Below are positions 14,076 to 34,013 of a stretch of 64,000 nucleotides of DNA, piece by piece. Position 1 is the first letter of the stretch. Every line of letters begins with the position of its first letter. The DNA lies in assembly GCA_020137815.1 (NCBI GenBank), contig CM035360.1, positions 2,852,001 through 2,916,000 of the forward strand. The letters are read 5' to 3'. The DNA comes from Hormiphora californensis. Taxonomy: Eukaryota; Animalia; Ctenophora. The notes under the pieces are model-generated. The model saw only the letters and a program-made list of their open reading frames with translations. It had not been told where the DNA came from and made no database searches. The translations under genes and the position numbers were made by a program.

Positions 14076-15141
14076 GCCCATACTATATATACCATTGGGT
14101 GATTGATAAAGGATATTTGCAGAGGGGACAGAGATTCCTTACGGAGTGACTCTGCTTTATCTGTCTCTTTAACGTTGAAACCTCCTCTGACAAATCACTG
14201 GAGAAGGTGTGGTGTGGAAATGATGATGTCATGAAAAATAAAAAATAAAAGTTGGCAAGATAGCAACAAAGCTATTAGAAAATAGGATAGATATAGCACC
14301 ATAAGGAATAACTTCATGTAAATGATTTTCGCCCATGTCAATCAAAATTAAAATACCTGAGATGGCGTTGCAACTTCTCTTCTTCCTCTTTTTGTCGCGC
14401 CAGAACACTTTTTATGTGCTCCTGCTCTGAGGTGCTGTAATTTACTAGGTATTAGTGTCTCAGAATGAGGTGCTGTAATTTGCTAGGTATTAGTGTCTCA
14501 TGAAATGCATCCAGAATGAGGTGCTGTAATTTGCTAGGTATTAGTGTCTTGGAATGAGGTGCTGTAATTTGCTAGGTATTAGTGTCAGGAACCGACCGAA
14601 ACAAGTCAACAACCAAACAGAACTCGTTATATATGTCACGTGACTGGTTATCAGCCAATCAGGGACCAGTATTTCCTGATTCGGTCGGTTCCTGATAAGT
14701 GTCGTGGAATGAAATGCATCCACACAATTGTATAATTCTACAGGTATGTCTTTGCAGGGGTGTGGTACTATACTGCATTACCGGACCCCGATTTACCAGG
14801 ATTTTTGCCCGGTAAATTGGGGTTCGACTGTTATAGTAGGGATTTTGTGAGTGGCACAGAAAACAATAAAATGTTCAATAACTACTACAGACCGGGTGTG
14901 GTCGAGTGACAAAGAAAACAACAATGCAGGCTTGCAGCTACGAAGCCTCAAACTTTTGGGACATGTATATGAGCTATCATGGGTCTCAAATAATAATAAA
15001 ATAATACTAAAATGCTAAGTTGTACCTGAATTGTGAAATAGCTGGAAGTACAGTTGACTCGATTTCAGAAACTTCTTCAGTCCTAAAAACACTTGCTGGC
15101 ATGAATACCCCGGATGATGGATCACTTTGTCCCGCCCCCAT
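6522..15141 (-). CDS. RIMS: RIM/UNC-10-like Rab effector (Rab-binding helix + FYVE-type zinc finger + C2A + C2B), about 17 exons
   Basis: Approximate exons: 15141-15026 MGAGQS...LPAISQF; 14435-14357 STSEQEHIKSVLARQKEEEEKLQRHL (cf. RIM PDLSHLTEEERNIIMAVMDRQKEEEEK); 14197-14093 ...NLCPLCKYP; 13772-13558 CCDICREGFCEMCC...ICLACWKSAQLVTNSGGW (cf. SGAW motif). C2A lies in 13082-12973, 12106-12016, 11833-11768 and 11620-11530. Linker exons are 11411-11146, 10212-10099, 9150-8988, ~8680-8605 and 8286-8114. C2B lies in 7641-7495 (EMGWVCLAVKWNYGGQIE), 7137-7021 and 6784-6522 (...GAWFALQP...*). Most junction phases check; those at 13558/13338 and 8988/8680 are unresolved. Confidence 0.75.
9220..9330 (+). 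mobile_element. ~110 bp hAT-like MITE (CAGGAACCGACCGA TIR family)
   Basis: TIRs caggaaccgaccga...tcggtcggttcctg with a perfect 8-bp TSD, gtctggtg, on both sides; six copies in the window. Confidence 0.9.
10309..11030. mobile_element. Non-autonomous TIR element with 4-bp TSD, in a RIM-like intron
   Basis: TIR ggtagaatggggtaaaatggt...accattttaccccattctacc; TSD atag/atag; many internal ccattttacccc repeats. Confidence 0.85.
12727..12817. repeat. Short inverted repeat (possible tiny MITE)
   Basis: tgtctaatattttcctgacattc (12727-12749) and its perfect reverse complement (12795-12817). Confidence 0.6.
14428..14586. repeat. About four copies of a ~33-nt unit spanning a RIM-like splice acceptor
   Basis: tgaggtgctgtaattt(a/g)ctaggtattagtgtc repeated; the first copy overlaps the exon boundary at ~14435. 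Confidence 0.85.
14586..14694 (+). mobile_element. ~110 bp hAT-like MITE copy
   Basis: Same TIRs as 9220; TSD attagtgt/ataagtgt (7/8). Confidence 0.9.
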
Positions 15142-16295
15142 ATACCTCTACTAACAGAATGGAACAAGTTAGTTAGAACTTAGAATGTTAGATACTTTGT
15201 CCCGCCCCCATATACCTCTACTATAACAGAATGGAACAAGTTAGTTAACAAGATAAACAACTAATAGAAACAAACTCATTTTCGTTGAACATTTTCACTA
15301 GCGTCCCTTGATAAACAAAGAAGATAAGCAATTATATAATGATACTTAATGGGTTAATCAATACGTTGACAGTTAAGCTTTCGGGAACAAGTTAGACTTA
15401 GATAGATCACTGTTTGTCAAAAGTGAACCAGTCGTGTACCTCCACTATGGAAACACGGTATGCGAAGCATGGAATTAAACACGGTATGCAAAGCAAAGCA
15501 AGATGACTATCATCAGGTATCTATCTATCTATCTATAGATCATCCGGTATGATTTAAGTTTGAGCAATATATTGGTCGAGTTAGAAGCTAAAAACTGAGA
15601 TGATATATATTTTGAATGTTAAATGTTTTTATGCAGACGAACATTCAACTTGAAGCAGTATTAGTATAAGAAATAAGGATCGTGATGTACAGTACTAGTA
15701 CTGTGGGCTGTCATGGCAAAGGGGGACCACACACAGCACTGTACTGAAAACAAAAAGATATGGTGCCGGTACTAGTACTGTGGCAAAAAGAAAAAGATAT
15801 ATGGTGCCGATATAGCAAAAACTCTTTGGCGCCTAAAAGGATTATCACAAAAGAAGTATAATCACAATTGTCTATGGTGAGTCTGAGACTGCGTGCTCAG
15901 AATTCATTTAGAAATTAACTGGGAGCAGCTGGGCTGGATGCAAGTATAAAACTTAAGTGGTTAGATAGGCTGAAAAGTTTCAGTAGCCAGCAATCAAAAG
16001 AGAGGGAGTTAAAGTTACCTGTCCTTTAAAAAAAGGAAAGTTAAAAGTTATAAGTGAGAGGGAGCTGGAGGGATGAGCAAGAGCACAAAATGTGGACCCG
16101 GAATGCAGATAAAGAGGGAGGGAGGGAGATAGTCAATATAGTAGAGAGTGAGCATGCTCGATCACTCACTCACCGTGATTTGGGTAACGCGTGGTGTTTA
16201 ACTCACCCTCTCTCATTTTTTCTCCCTCTCTCATTTTCTGTCTCTCTCTCCCAGCTACCTGAATTAGAAGTTTGTCTCTTTCTCTTCCCTTTCTC

Positions 16296-16300
<5 letters not shown>

Positions 16301-16380
<80 letters not shown>
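16301..16380. repeat. (CT)n microsatellite
   Basis: Perfect CT run. Confidence 0.95.
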
Positions 16381-16383
<3 letters not shown>

Positions 16384-17811
16384 TCTAGCCACCCCGTTTC
16401 TTTATATGCGCTGAGAAAACTTCACCCAATAATATGCATCTAATTCTGCATATGAATATTGTACTGCTTTTTCTTTTTCTAATCCTGCAGTTACGATTAT
16501 GCACTATCAAATGCATTGATCAATTCGTGCAAAGCTAGTTCTGCAGTAGCGGGTTTGTATATTACCGAAAAGAGTATAAACATAAGCTCCTTTACCAACT
16601 TAATCCCTATAATTTCTTCAACTTGATATAAAAATAAGATTGCATGAAGAACTAGCTGACAATTAAGTGGCCAATAATCAGGTGCCAAAGAAATCAAAAC
16701 ACGGGCATGCTAGGACATGTTAAAAAACATTAATGATCAGGCGTTCAAGCCGTTCACATCGCCATTTATTATTATAGGTAAATTTTGAAAAAGAACAATT
16801 ATAGGTACACATGTAGATGGTGACGCCCTCTAATACGCCCAAACATAAACACTGCATAAACACTGCACCTACTTTATAGTCTACTCACTACTGGTGCACC
16901 CCCATCTCCTGAGGTCATAAACTGGCAGGGGGGTAAATAGCTATTTACCCCCTGCCCCATTTTTCCCTTCCCGGGTGAATGCCGAATTCACCAGGATGAT
17001 CTTTTTAGCACGTAAGTGCTAAAAGTAAAAAATCATTCAGAGTTTAGAAATCTGTAATCGTATAGTTAGTAGCTGTTATAGGGTAACGCTATGGCTGGTC
17101 AGTGGTCACTGTGGTCACTGTGACCGCTGTGGTCAGTGTGACCACTGGTCACACTTTAATTCTGGTTGCCATTGGCGTGCGGATGGAAGTTTGCCGAAGA
17201 GCGCCACTTCAAATTGCGGTGTTGAAAAGCGCTGCCTTATCCCGCACTGCGGGGGCCAGTAGCGTTTGCCAAATTGCAGTGTGAAGTTTATTAATTTTGA
17301 CGTGTGCACCACACGTTAACATGTGATGTGACACGCAAAAAACGAGCACACGAGAAGGTTGGTAATGAAATTACCCCTCTGTTATTATTGCAATAAAAGG
17401 GGTGACTTCGTAACCAAACGAGAAGGGGGTGACAACTTCAAAAAATCCGACCTTAAATAAGATTTAATAGTGTGCTAGGGTGCATGTATGGTACTTACTT
17501 ATACCGTACATAGTCTTACCACCTGCTACACCCTAGTAGCACACTAATATATATTTTCGCAGCCGGGTGCTATAAAATACAGTCGGACCGGAAAAGGGTT
17601 TTGATGTTGTATAGGCCCCACTTGACTACATACCCTATCTGGAGGAGCCTGCCTAGGAAATGCACCATCTGGAGGAGCCTTCCTAGGAAATGCCCCATTT
17701 GATATAATACAGAGGGATATATAACACTAAAGCGCCATATTTTTCGTGGAAGCCATGGATAATGCGGTCGGGTGGAAGTGACTGTCGGCCACTGAATATA
17801 TATGAGGTATA

Positions 17812-18115
17812 CAGGGGTGTAGGAATGATTTTTCAAGTGAGGGGGCGAAGTCACGTGACCAATTACAGCGCTGGCCAGCGCCAAGAAAATTTCCTGTGAG
17901 CAAGTTTTAGTCACCTATTCCATTGCACATACCATTTATCGGGCTCCGCTGTCGCTCCGCCCGAGAAAATTTTTAGGGGTTTGAGCCAAAAAGTCATGAT
18001 TTCGTCATTTGGGAGTGGGTGTTTACTGTTGGTGATAGAAGTGAGGGGGCGAACCTGGCCAAAAGTGGGGGGGGGGGGGCCGCCCCGCCCCCCCCCCCCT
18101 ATTCCTACACCCCTG
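17812..18115. mobile_element. hAT-like MITE
   Basis: TIR caggggtgtaggaat...attcctacacccctg with a perfect 8-bp TSD, gaggtata. Confidence 0.9.
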
Positions 18116-18636
18116 GAGGTATAAACGCATTATTTAAGATAGCAGGGTATATTATGCGAATGGTCAAGAAAACTTTTTTAAGTATACTCATGGTGAAAAT
18201 TTGTATGGTTTTATATCTCACCAAGAGCACGATCACATGATTAGTTTCTCTTTGTTGAATGTTGTAAAATGTAGCACTCAATCGTTAGGACTCGAGTCAA
18301 CTCCTCTGCTGTAGCCTAGGAGACTGCATCTATTATATTTATAATGACACTACAAAGGATATTTGAAACTCTAGTTAACATATCGCTATGTTATATCTGT
18401 AACATTTCGTCATATCGCTGATAAACGTAAAATATTCCATCAACTACATCAACTATTTATTGAGGATTTTTATTACTTTGGGGATATGATCCGTTTAAAC
18501 TAAATTTATTTTCAGTTCATATATTTTCAGTTTCATATATGCATTTCATATTGAATGCTCTGTTGTGACACACATGTCAATTGGTCCCTTGGCGAAAATA
18601 ACGGCGCCAAATGGCGTGCCTAGATTTTTCATACTA

Positions 18637-20264
18637 CAGTCGGACCCCGATTTAGGGACACCCTCGGGGGAAAGGGTCTTGTCCACTAAATCGGGGTGTC
18701 CACTAAATCGGGGTGAGCCGGGGGGTACGTCACCTTTTTTTTTGCCCACTGCCCACATTATTCTTAAATTTTGAATTTGCCCACATGGGCAAAAGTGGGC
18801 AAAAGTAGGCAAAAGTAGGCAAAAAAATTAAATCCATAAAAATATATGCTATCAACCAGGTAATCGTCTGTGACAAAGGTTTTTCACCACCAATGTCCTC
18901 CTAGAGGTCCCCCCTATCGATTCCAACCGATAATTTATTTGCTCAGGGTTGATAAGGCTCCATATCCAACTGGGGAAAATGGGCAAAATATGTTGGCAAA
19001 ATTAGGAAAATTGGTCATTTTAGGCACGTTTCTCACATGGTTGGAGTGGAAAATTTTTCTGGTTTTCCTGGGACCCCATTGGAGTACAATGCAAGTGGAA
19101 AACCTTTGTTATGTATCAGTTCCCTAAATAGCCCCAAAATGACGAAAAATCACTGGCCTTTGCCTAATTTTTCCAAAATTTTTTGCCCACTTTTGTCCAG
19201 TCGGACATGGAGCCTTATCAACCCTAAGTCATAAGAAAGTACATTAATTATCGGTTGGAATCGATAGAGGGGACCTCTTGGAAGACATTGGAGGTGAAAA
19301 ACATTTGTCACAGAGGGTTTTCTGGTAAAGTTTTGATGCTTATAATATTTTTGCCCACTTTTTGCCCACTTTGCCCACATTATACCTGTTTTTTGAGATT
19401 TCAGTTTGCCCATGTGGGCAAATGTGGGCAAATGTGGGCAAAAAAAAAGGTGACGTACCCCCCGGTGAGCCATATTTGACCCAAAAAACCTATTTTATTG
19501 CCCAAAATGGTATATTTTTAAGACTAAAGACACCTCTAACTGTTATATGCAATATTCATGTATTGATGACATGATCATTTCTGATTAGAAAAAGAAAAAT
19601 ATAAAATAATTCTTTTTCAAAAAAATGTGGAAAATTTTCTAAGTTATACCAGCCCGTCCGGTTTGTATTTCGAATCGGTGCAACTTACTGGATATCCTGT
19701 CTAATTAGCGGGTTAAAAACGAACCGATACGTGATACCATACCGAATCGGGGCACCCTTAGCGGGTGAGGAAGTATAAAAATTTCAAAATAACTTTTTCT
19801 CTCAAAATTTATGGGGAGCACCGATCAAAGCATTGACAATCGTACTGTAATTTACAGTGTAAAATTTTGCAAAAAAGTTATAAAATTTTTTAAAGGTATA
19901 CCAACCACGTCCGAATCGTGTTTCGAATCGGTGCATCTTATCGCATGTCCTGCTGCTAATTAGACGGAACGAATCGAAACGTGATCCCCATTGAATCGAA
20001 ATTTAGACGCTTGGACCTTGGTGAACTTGTGATTCGATGGGCACCATGGGGATCACGTATCGGTTCGTTCCGAACCGTCTAATTAGCAGAAGGACATGCG
20101 ATAAGATGCACTGATTCGAAACACGATTCGGACATGGCTGGAATCTTTTTGAAAAATTTCACAAAAAATTTCCCAAAAAAATTCAAAAATTTTTGGGGGA
20201 AAAAAATCCTGTCCCTAAATCGGGGTGTCCCTAAATCGGGGGCCCCTAAATCGGGGTCCGACTG
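18637..20264 (+). mobile_element. Tc1/mariner-pogo-type non-autonomous element (CAGTCGGACCCCGATTT TIR family) containing a nested insertion
   Basis: TA-flanked TIR cagtcggaccccgattta...taaatcggggtccgactg; body homologous to the copies at 35195, 52887 and 59623. Confidence 0.9.
18720..19463. mobile_element. Nested TIR element with GG termini and 8-bp TSD (Merlin/Mutator-like; superfamily uncertain)
   Basis: TIR ggggggtacgtcaccttttttttgcccac...gtgggcaaaaaaaaaggtgacgtacccccc; TSD ggtgagcc (18712-18719 and 19464-19471); the empty site ggtgagccatatt is seen in sibling copies. Confidence 0.85.
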
Positions 20265-20910
20265 TAATACATATATAGGGTACTGAATATGCTCACACCA
20301 CATGTTGTGTGTTATATCTAGGGGAAGACTTTTATACAGACAGCTCAACACAGATCGTGCTCTACTTTGCGATATTATATATTTCTCTAGCAAAATTAGC
20401 CTGGTTGCTGCTGCACCCATGTTGTATCTTTGCAATTATATTGTACCCTTTTAGGGATTAAACATGTTTTTCATTCGAGCTCTGGCACGTTTTGACGTCA
20501 AGCTAGGCTAGCAAGCGGGGCTGCAGTGTATTAATTCTGTAAAGATTCTGCAGATCACTCTCTGAGCGGGATTAGTTTCTTGATTCTGCAGAACTGTAGT
20601 AAATTACTAAAACAATAAAAACAATTACATCGCAACTCCATTAATAACATTGTGCAATGCACCTAGCTAAGTCTTGTGATGTCATATTATGATTTTTTAT
20701 GACACATAGAATTAAAAAGTTACAAAATGCATTTAAATGTCACCTATCGATATCACTGTAATGAATACGATCTCGCATTGTCACGTAATCATAATATATG
20801 CTGCTTAATTTCACTACTTTTTAGTTCGACATGATCAAGACATGCTCCGAGATTATCGCACCCCTTCTCCCTGCTCTTCGGGTCACTGATTCGGCCGTCA
20901 CTGAAGGTAA

Positions 20911-21013
20911 CAGGAACCGACCGAATTAAGTAAACAACCAATCAGAACTCGTTATTTAGGTCACGTGACTGGTTATCAGCCAATCAGGGACCAGTATTTC
21001 CTGGTTCGGTCGG
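20911..21013 (+). mobile_element. ~110 bp hAT-like MITE copy with truncated right TIR
   Basis: caggaaccgaccga...ccaatcagaactcgttatttaggtcacgtgac...tcggtcggt. Confidence 0.85.
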
Positions 21014-21728
21014 TAAAATAAAGGGCACCCCCATTACTGACTAGGTAGTAAAGGGGCAGGGTAAACTAGCGACCCCGTCTTCCCCCTATAGTAGTGAAAC
21101 AGTTAAATATTCCCACATACATGCTAACAATATAACTTTTTGGATTGCAGTTATGAAGGTTACTGAACTAATTGGTTAAAGTAATCTGATTAGAAGTATT
21201 TTTAGGCCGTCTTCCCAAATTCAATAGTGAAAGTTAAATTTCAAAGAATTTTAATGGACTTCAGTTCAACGGTTGAACGGACGAAATGTGTAAGAATGAT
21301 TACAACTTTTGACAGAAAGGTTATCAAATAATAACTCCTAATTGATATGATTAGTATTCATTGCAAATTTGCTGCTAACTGGTGTTTCGGCGTCCATTAT
21401 CAGACACCCAATAAGGAAGCTTTTAAAATAAATACTTAAAATTTCAATAGCAATTTAAATTCCTATCTCAGGTGAACTTTTTCGCCCGTACCAAATGTAA
21501 ATCGTCTCTTCTCTTCTTCTCTTCTATCATCTTAACATCTATCTATCTTCTCTCTCCTCATCAGAAATTCCTTCTCTCTAATCTCTCGTCTCTCTCTTCT
21601 CTTCTCCAGTCACTGCAGGGCTCCACATCCTCTCGGATTAAGATCACCAGTAAAGATCAGGGGCGTCGGCACTCACGAGAGTCAGGTCTGAGCTCAGAAA
21701 CGTAAGAAATCTCGCGTGTCCTACTGCT

Positions 21729-21748
21729 CTCTCTCTCTCGTCCTACTC

Positions 21749-21796
<48 letters not shown>

Positions 21797-21838
21797 AAAG
21801 TGGATTCCAAGCTACTTCAGCTAAACCTTGTCAAAGGT

Positions 21839-21906
<68 letters not shown>
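21729..21906. repeat. (CT)n microsatellites in the GPCR 5' intron
   Basis: Two CT runs. Confidence 0.9.
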
Positions 21907-21908
<2 letters not shown>

Positions 21909-21950
21909 CTCTTTCTTTCAGGTGTCCAGTTGAGGGTCGATGGTGCGATA

Positions 21951-29916
<7,966 letters not shown>

Positions 29917-29938
29917 TATAATGACGTCATAATAATAC

Positions 29939-30047
29939 CAGAAACCGACCGAATCAGGAAATACTGGTCCCTGATTGGCTGATAACCAGTCACGTGACCT
30001 AAATAACAAGTTCTGATTGGTTGTTTACTTGTTTCGGTCGGTTCCTG
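29939..30047 (-). mobile_element. ~110 bp hAT-like MITE copy
   Basis: Reverse orientation; TSD aataatac/cataatac. Confidence 0.9.
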
Positions 30048-30723
30048 CATAATACCGTTATGATGACGTCATAATAGTGATGACGTCATAATAGTGATGA
30101 CGTCATATATATCACGAGGAGGATTCCTGTTTCTTTTTCGTCCTATGCCTACCAGTCAGATTGTATGAACGGATTTTCTGAGTTTCTGCTCCCCTAGGTC
30201 GGGGGATTCACCATTGTGGTCCAGGTGCCTCGCCGGGCCAAAACACTCGGTTTCCCATTGTGAAGGAAAGGTCGGGGAGGTCTGTGTTCAGGGGAGGAGT
30301 GGTGGTGGTGGTAATACCCTCTTGATAGGGGTCCCTGCACTGGTGAAGGAATGGGCAGATCGAGGGGGTGGGGTAGAGAGAGAAGCTGAGGAAGGAAATG
30401 TAGGAAGAGTGACTCGTTCTCCAGTGTGTAATGTTCTTCTTCCCCTGATCCTCCAGCTTTTCGTGTAGCACGTCTTTGAGCTATAGATATTGACGATCTG
30501 ATTAATTAAAGGGATTTGAACTATCACAATCTAGTTTAATTTAATAGGAGTTCAATGTAGAGGAATATTAATTATTTGGAGTTGGAATATTAAAATATGA
30601 ACACTACACAAGCGAGAGAACAATTTGTGTTGTGATGGATTAGCTCAAACAATTTGCGGAGGAAACTAACGTGCATGTGATCGTGAAATGAGGGAATAGA
30701 CGACGTTATGCTTAGATGGAGTA

Positions 30724-30744
30724 TCTCTCTCTCTCTCTCCCTCT

Positions 30745-30815
<71 letters not shown>
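30724..30815. repeat. (CT)n microsatellite
   Basis: CT run. Confidence 0.9.
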
Positions 30816-30820
<5 letters not shown>

Positions 30821-31233
30821 ATCTTTAGTTCTTTCTGACTCTCCCCGGCTCCTGTGAATCCATGTGACTATCTTTTTTCTTTGCATTATTTTATTCATCC
30901 TCTTTCTCCGTTTACCGCTGCGGCATACATGCCATACTGGCCGTTTTGTGTTTGTTTAAAACGTTTAATTGTGTAGATTTATGTACAGATTTTCCTCTTT
31001 AAAGAGTTTTTATAAAACCAAGACTTGACTGTTTATGTGTAGGATTCAATATAATACTGTGATCAGGCCAATGCTGAGAATGAGGGTCAGGCCAGTGCTC
31101 TGACAGATATAATCCCATAATATTGATTAATCATTTCCAATGTCCCTGTCTCGGCTGTCAGAGCATTGGCCTGACCGATATTCTCAGCGCGAGAGCTGTG
31201 GTCAGAGCCTTGGCCTGATATGATTATGATAGT

Positions 31234-31333
31234 GTTGAATATAAATGGAAACAGTTTGGCTCAGGTTGCGTTGGTGCGAGGTGCCTGGTGGACACTGGCA
31301 ACCTGAGCCAAACTGTTTCCATTTATATTCAAT
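31234..31333. repeat. ~35-bp inverted repeat, adjacent to a second palindromic element at ~31060-31218
   Basis: ttgaatataaatggaaacagtttggctcaggttgc...gcaacctgagccaaactgtttccatttatattcaa. Confidence 0.8.
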
Positions 31334-31526
31334 CCAATATCAACTGGTTAAACTTAATGTCTTAAACCTTGACCCAAATCCTACTTGTATATGGTAAGGT
31401 GCTGTTGAGAAAACGAAATAGTTTCGCGCGGCTTCATAATTGCGCGTGCTTTCATGCCGCGCGCATAAATTGTTATAAACTGGTCTAAAGTGCGTTTCAA
31501 ACGACTTGACCTGAGATTGGAAAACG

Positions 31527-32280
31527 TTAAAATCTGGGTGCCTTTCATTGCTAACAATTCGTAGTTTTGGCGCGCGCGACGGGTTAGGGCTATCCGTTAG
31601 GGTCTGGTTAGGGTTTGGTTTGGTTTAGGGCTATCGATTCTCTAACTGATACCGTTTAGTTTACACAAATCGGCCATGTGGTTCCATGGCTATAGCCGTT
31701 TGAAAAAAGTCGGTCTAAGTATACTCTTTTGGCAGCGCGCACCTGTAAACAGGCTGCAAGGCACCCAGATTATAATCGCGCCCCCTGAGATTCCTGGAAA
31801 TTCAGGATTTCCCCTTTGTAAATACACGCGCAATGCGCCAAATTCCAAGAATTACGGGTCAAGTCGCTTGAAACGGACTTTACGCGGTGCTGGGCGGAAA
31901 ACGTTAAAAAAAGAAAAAAAAATTAAAATCTGGGTGTCTTCCATTGCTAACAATTCATCGATTTTGGCGGTCGAGACGGGTTAGGGCTGTTATTAGGGTC
32001 GAGTTAGGGTTTTGTTTAGGGTTATCGGTTAGTGCTATCGATTCTCTACCAGATACCGTTTAGTTTACTCACATCGGCCATGTGGTTGCGTGGCATAGCC
32101 GTTTGATAAAAAAGTCTTGAAAATAAACGTGTACTCTTTTTGCTAGCGCACACCTGTAAACAGGCTGTAAGGCACCCTGATTGTAATCGCACCCCGCAGT
32201 GCTCCTCCTGGACATTTTATTTCCGAGGATGCTCATTACGGCAACCGGTTTTGGCGGTCGAGACAGGTTAGGGCTGCCTA
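31527..32280. repeat. Diverged ~396-bp tandem repeat with GGTTAGGG-like motifs
   Basis: Units start ttaaaatctgggtg at 31527 and 31923, with a partial third unit near 32248. Confidence 0.75.
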
Positions 32281-32399
32281 ATGCCTTCCACGGTCGGTAA
32301 GGTTATGTTTGGGGGTCGTATGGTAGTGGTATCAATTTAAAACAGTTTTGGATTTAGTTGTTTAATTTTCTGGTTAAACTCTTCAGCTTCCTTTTTAGG

Positions 32400-34013
32400 A
32401 TGTCAAAATCCTTCTCTGCGGAGTTTGAGTTTTCTGCCGCACTACATAAGGATTTGGCCAGGAGCAAACTGTTTCATGGATTCCTGTGGCGTATGGTACA
32501 TCGGAGGGACGATGAGGGTTTGATGGGGGTTTACCTGTGTTGTACACCAGCTAACTCAGCCAAGGAATGGAGCTGTAGTGTCAAGTATTTTTTTAAGGAA
32601 GAATTATCTGGAGCGAGGAAAGACGGTTCTTGTGTGTTCTACAGTGGCCAAAATTTCAGTCACGGTTGTCCGAAGTTTATGAAGTTTGATGAAACAGTAA
32701 AGATACAGGCCGAAATTACCATTGAAAAATCTTACTTTGGTAGACCCATCATTGAGATTCTACCGTCAGCTAACGAAACAGTATTTCGTCGTGGGTTCCC
32801 TCACAACATAGGATCCTACAAGGCAACAACAAGTCATGTGGTATGCGGGAAAACCTGGACCATTTCTGTTCTTCTCGCCAATGGGGTGTTGTCTCTCAGG
32901 GGTGATTGCTATGACACATCATTCGGACACAACGAGGAGAAAATTGATGGAACTATGGTTTTACTGTTTGAGAATATAAAGGAAATCATCCATTTGCGAA
33001 GTAGTTGCTCAGTTTTGATGGGAAAGCGTCAAACTGAGATGGTCTTCACGTTCATTGTCTACAACTACCAACCTTCGCCTCGGGTAGGAGTAAACTACGG
33101 AAAAGAATTTACCGGACAACCACACGGAAACATAACTTTCCTTCTGGTTGATGGTAGATCTCTCCCTGTAAACTCTTACATCCTCTCACGCAATTCCACC
33201 GTCCTGAAAAACCTCATTGAAAAGAAAGGTAATACTGAACACGATATGTGTGGATTTGAGGGTGATTCTGTTCAGGCTTTTGTAGATTTCTGCTACTCGG
33301 GAACTATTGTAGAAAGCCTTCTCACAATGTTTCCCGCATTGTTTGATTTTGTGAGAATGATAACCGTGTTCAACGTTGAATGTGCTAAACGGGGATGTTT
33401 GGATTTGTTTAAAAAACATTTACCAAATGCCCTGGTTGACTTCAATTTGTGGTGGACCTTTGCTATCTTTGCGGTGGAGTTAACTGTGAAACATGGCGAT
33501 GATTCCTTCCTCATCGAGGTGATCTCTTCAGCTACAAAGAATAAGAACAGGCCATGGTTACACTTTTCCAGTATGTGGAGAGAAGCAACGAACTATTCTC
33601 AAGTTGACCTGCTAATGGCCCTGGCTGTCGAGTCTAATCTCACAAAAGGATTTGTTGATCAACTGCACTCCGTTTTGAAATGGTGCAAAGACGAGAAGAC
33701 TCCTTTGGTTGACTACATTTTGGAAAATTTCAATTTTTCCCTTTGCGACAAAGAATGCATCACGCTGCTGTCTGGAGCTTTGGAGAAATTTAATACTGAA
33801 AGTGATGCGTTTAAAGCTTTAGAGAAAGGGCAAAATGAATCCGATGAGAAGACTCTAGCGGACGTGGCCAGGAACCATTGGAACACTATAAGGAATTCCA
33901 CTTGGCCGTGTTCTGAGAGGCGACCGTTTTCAAAAGTGAGATGTGAATACTTGGTTGCTAACCCAAGAAGGAGGAAAACTCGATCATCAACTCTGGCAAC
34001 TCGGGGTGCCTAG
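32400..34013 (+). CDS. Intronless MATH-like/BTB-POZ protein (array gene A1)
   Basis: MATH-like HGFLWRM...MGVYLCC...EWSCSV...HGCPKFM; BTB HGNITFLL...LPVNSYILSRNSTVLKNLI...VQAFVDFCYSG; helical region; C-terminal basic NLS PRRRKTRS. The ATG at 32400 follows tttttag|g. Confidence 0.9.
   Translation: MSKSFSAEFEFSAALHKDLARSKLFHGFLWRMVHRRDDEGLMGVYLCCTPANSAKEWSCSVKYFFKEELSGARKDGSCVFYSGQNFSHGCPKFMKFDETVKIQAEITIEKSYFGRPIIEILPSANETVFRRGFPHNIGSYKATTSHVVCGKTWTISVLLANGVLSLRGDCYDTSFGHNEEKIDGTMVLLFENIKEIIHLRSSCSVLMGKRQTEMVFTFIVYNYQPSPRVGVNYGKEFTGQPHGNITFLLVDGRSLPVNSYILSRNSTVLKNLIEKKGNTEHDMCGFEGDSVQAFVDFCYSGTIVESLLTMFPALFDFVRMITVFNVECAKRGCLDLFKKHLPNALVDFNLWWTFAIFAVELTVKHGDDSFLIEVISSATKNKNRPWLHFSSMWREATNYSQVDLLMALAVESNLTKGFVDQLHSVLKWCKDEKTPLVDYILENFNFSLCDKECITLLSGALEKFNTESDAFKALEKGQNESDEKTLADVARNHWNTIRNSTWPCSERRPFSKVRCEYLVANPRRRKTRSSTLATRGA

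Noticed and set aside
18546-20435. Short ORFs within the TIR elements (also 36038-36277, 53506-53760, 59644-60064)
   Set aside because: No transposase motifs; they are chance frames in non-autonomous repeats
30198-30527. GC-richer segment with open frames on both strands
   Set aside because: No recognisable domain and no consistent splice partners; cannot be supported as coding
31580-32030. Interstitial telomere
   Set aside because: Only scattered, degenerate GGTTAGGG motifs within a longer repeat; no (TTAGGG)n tract
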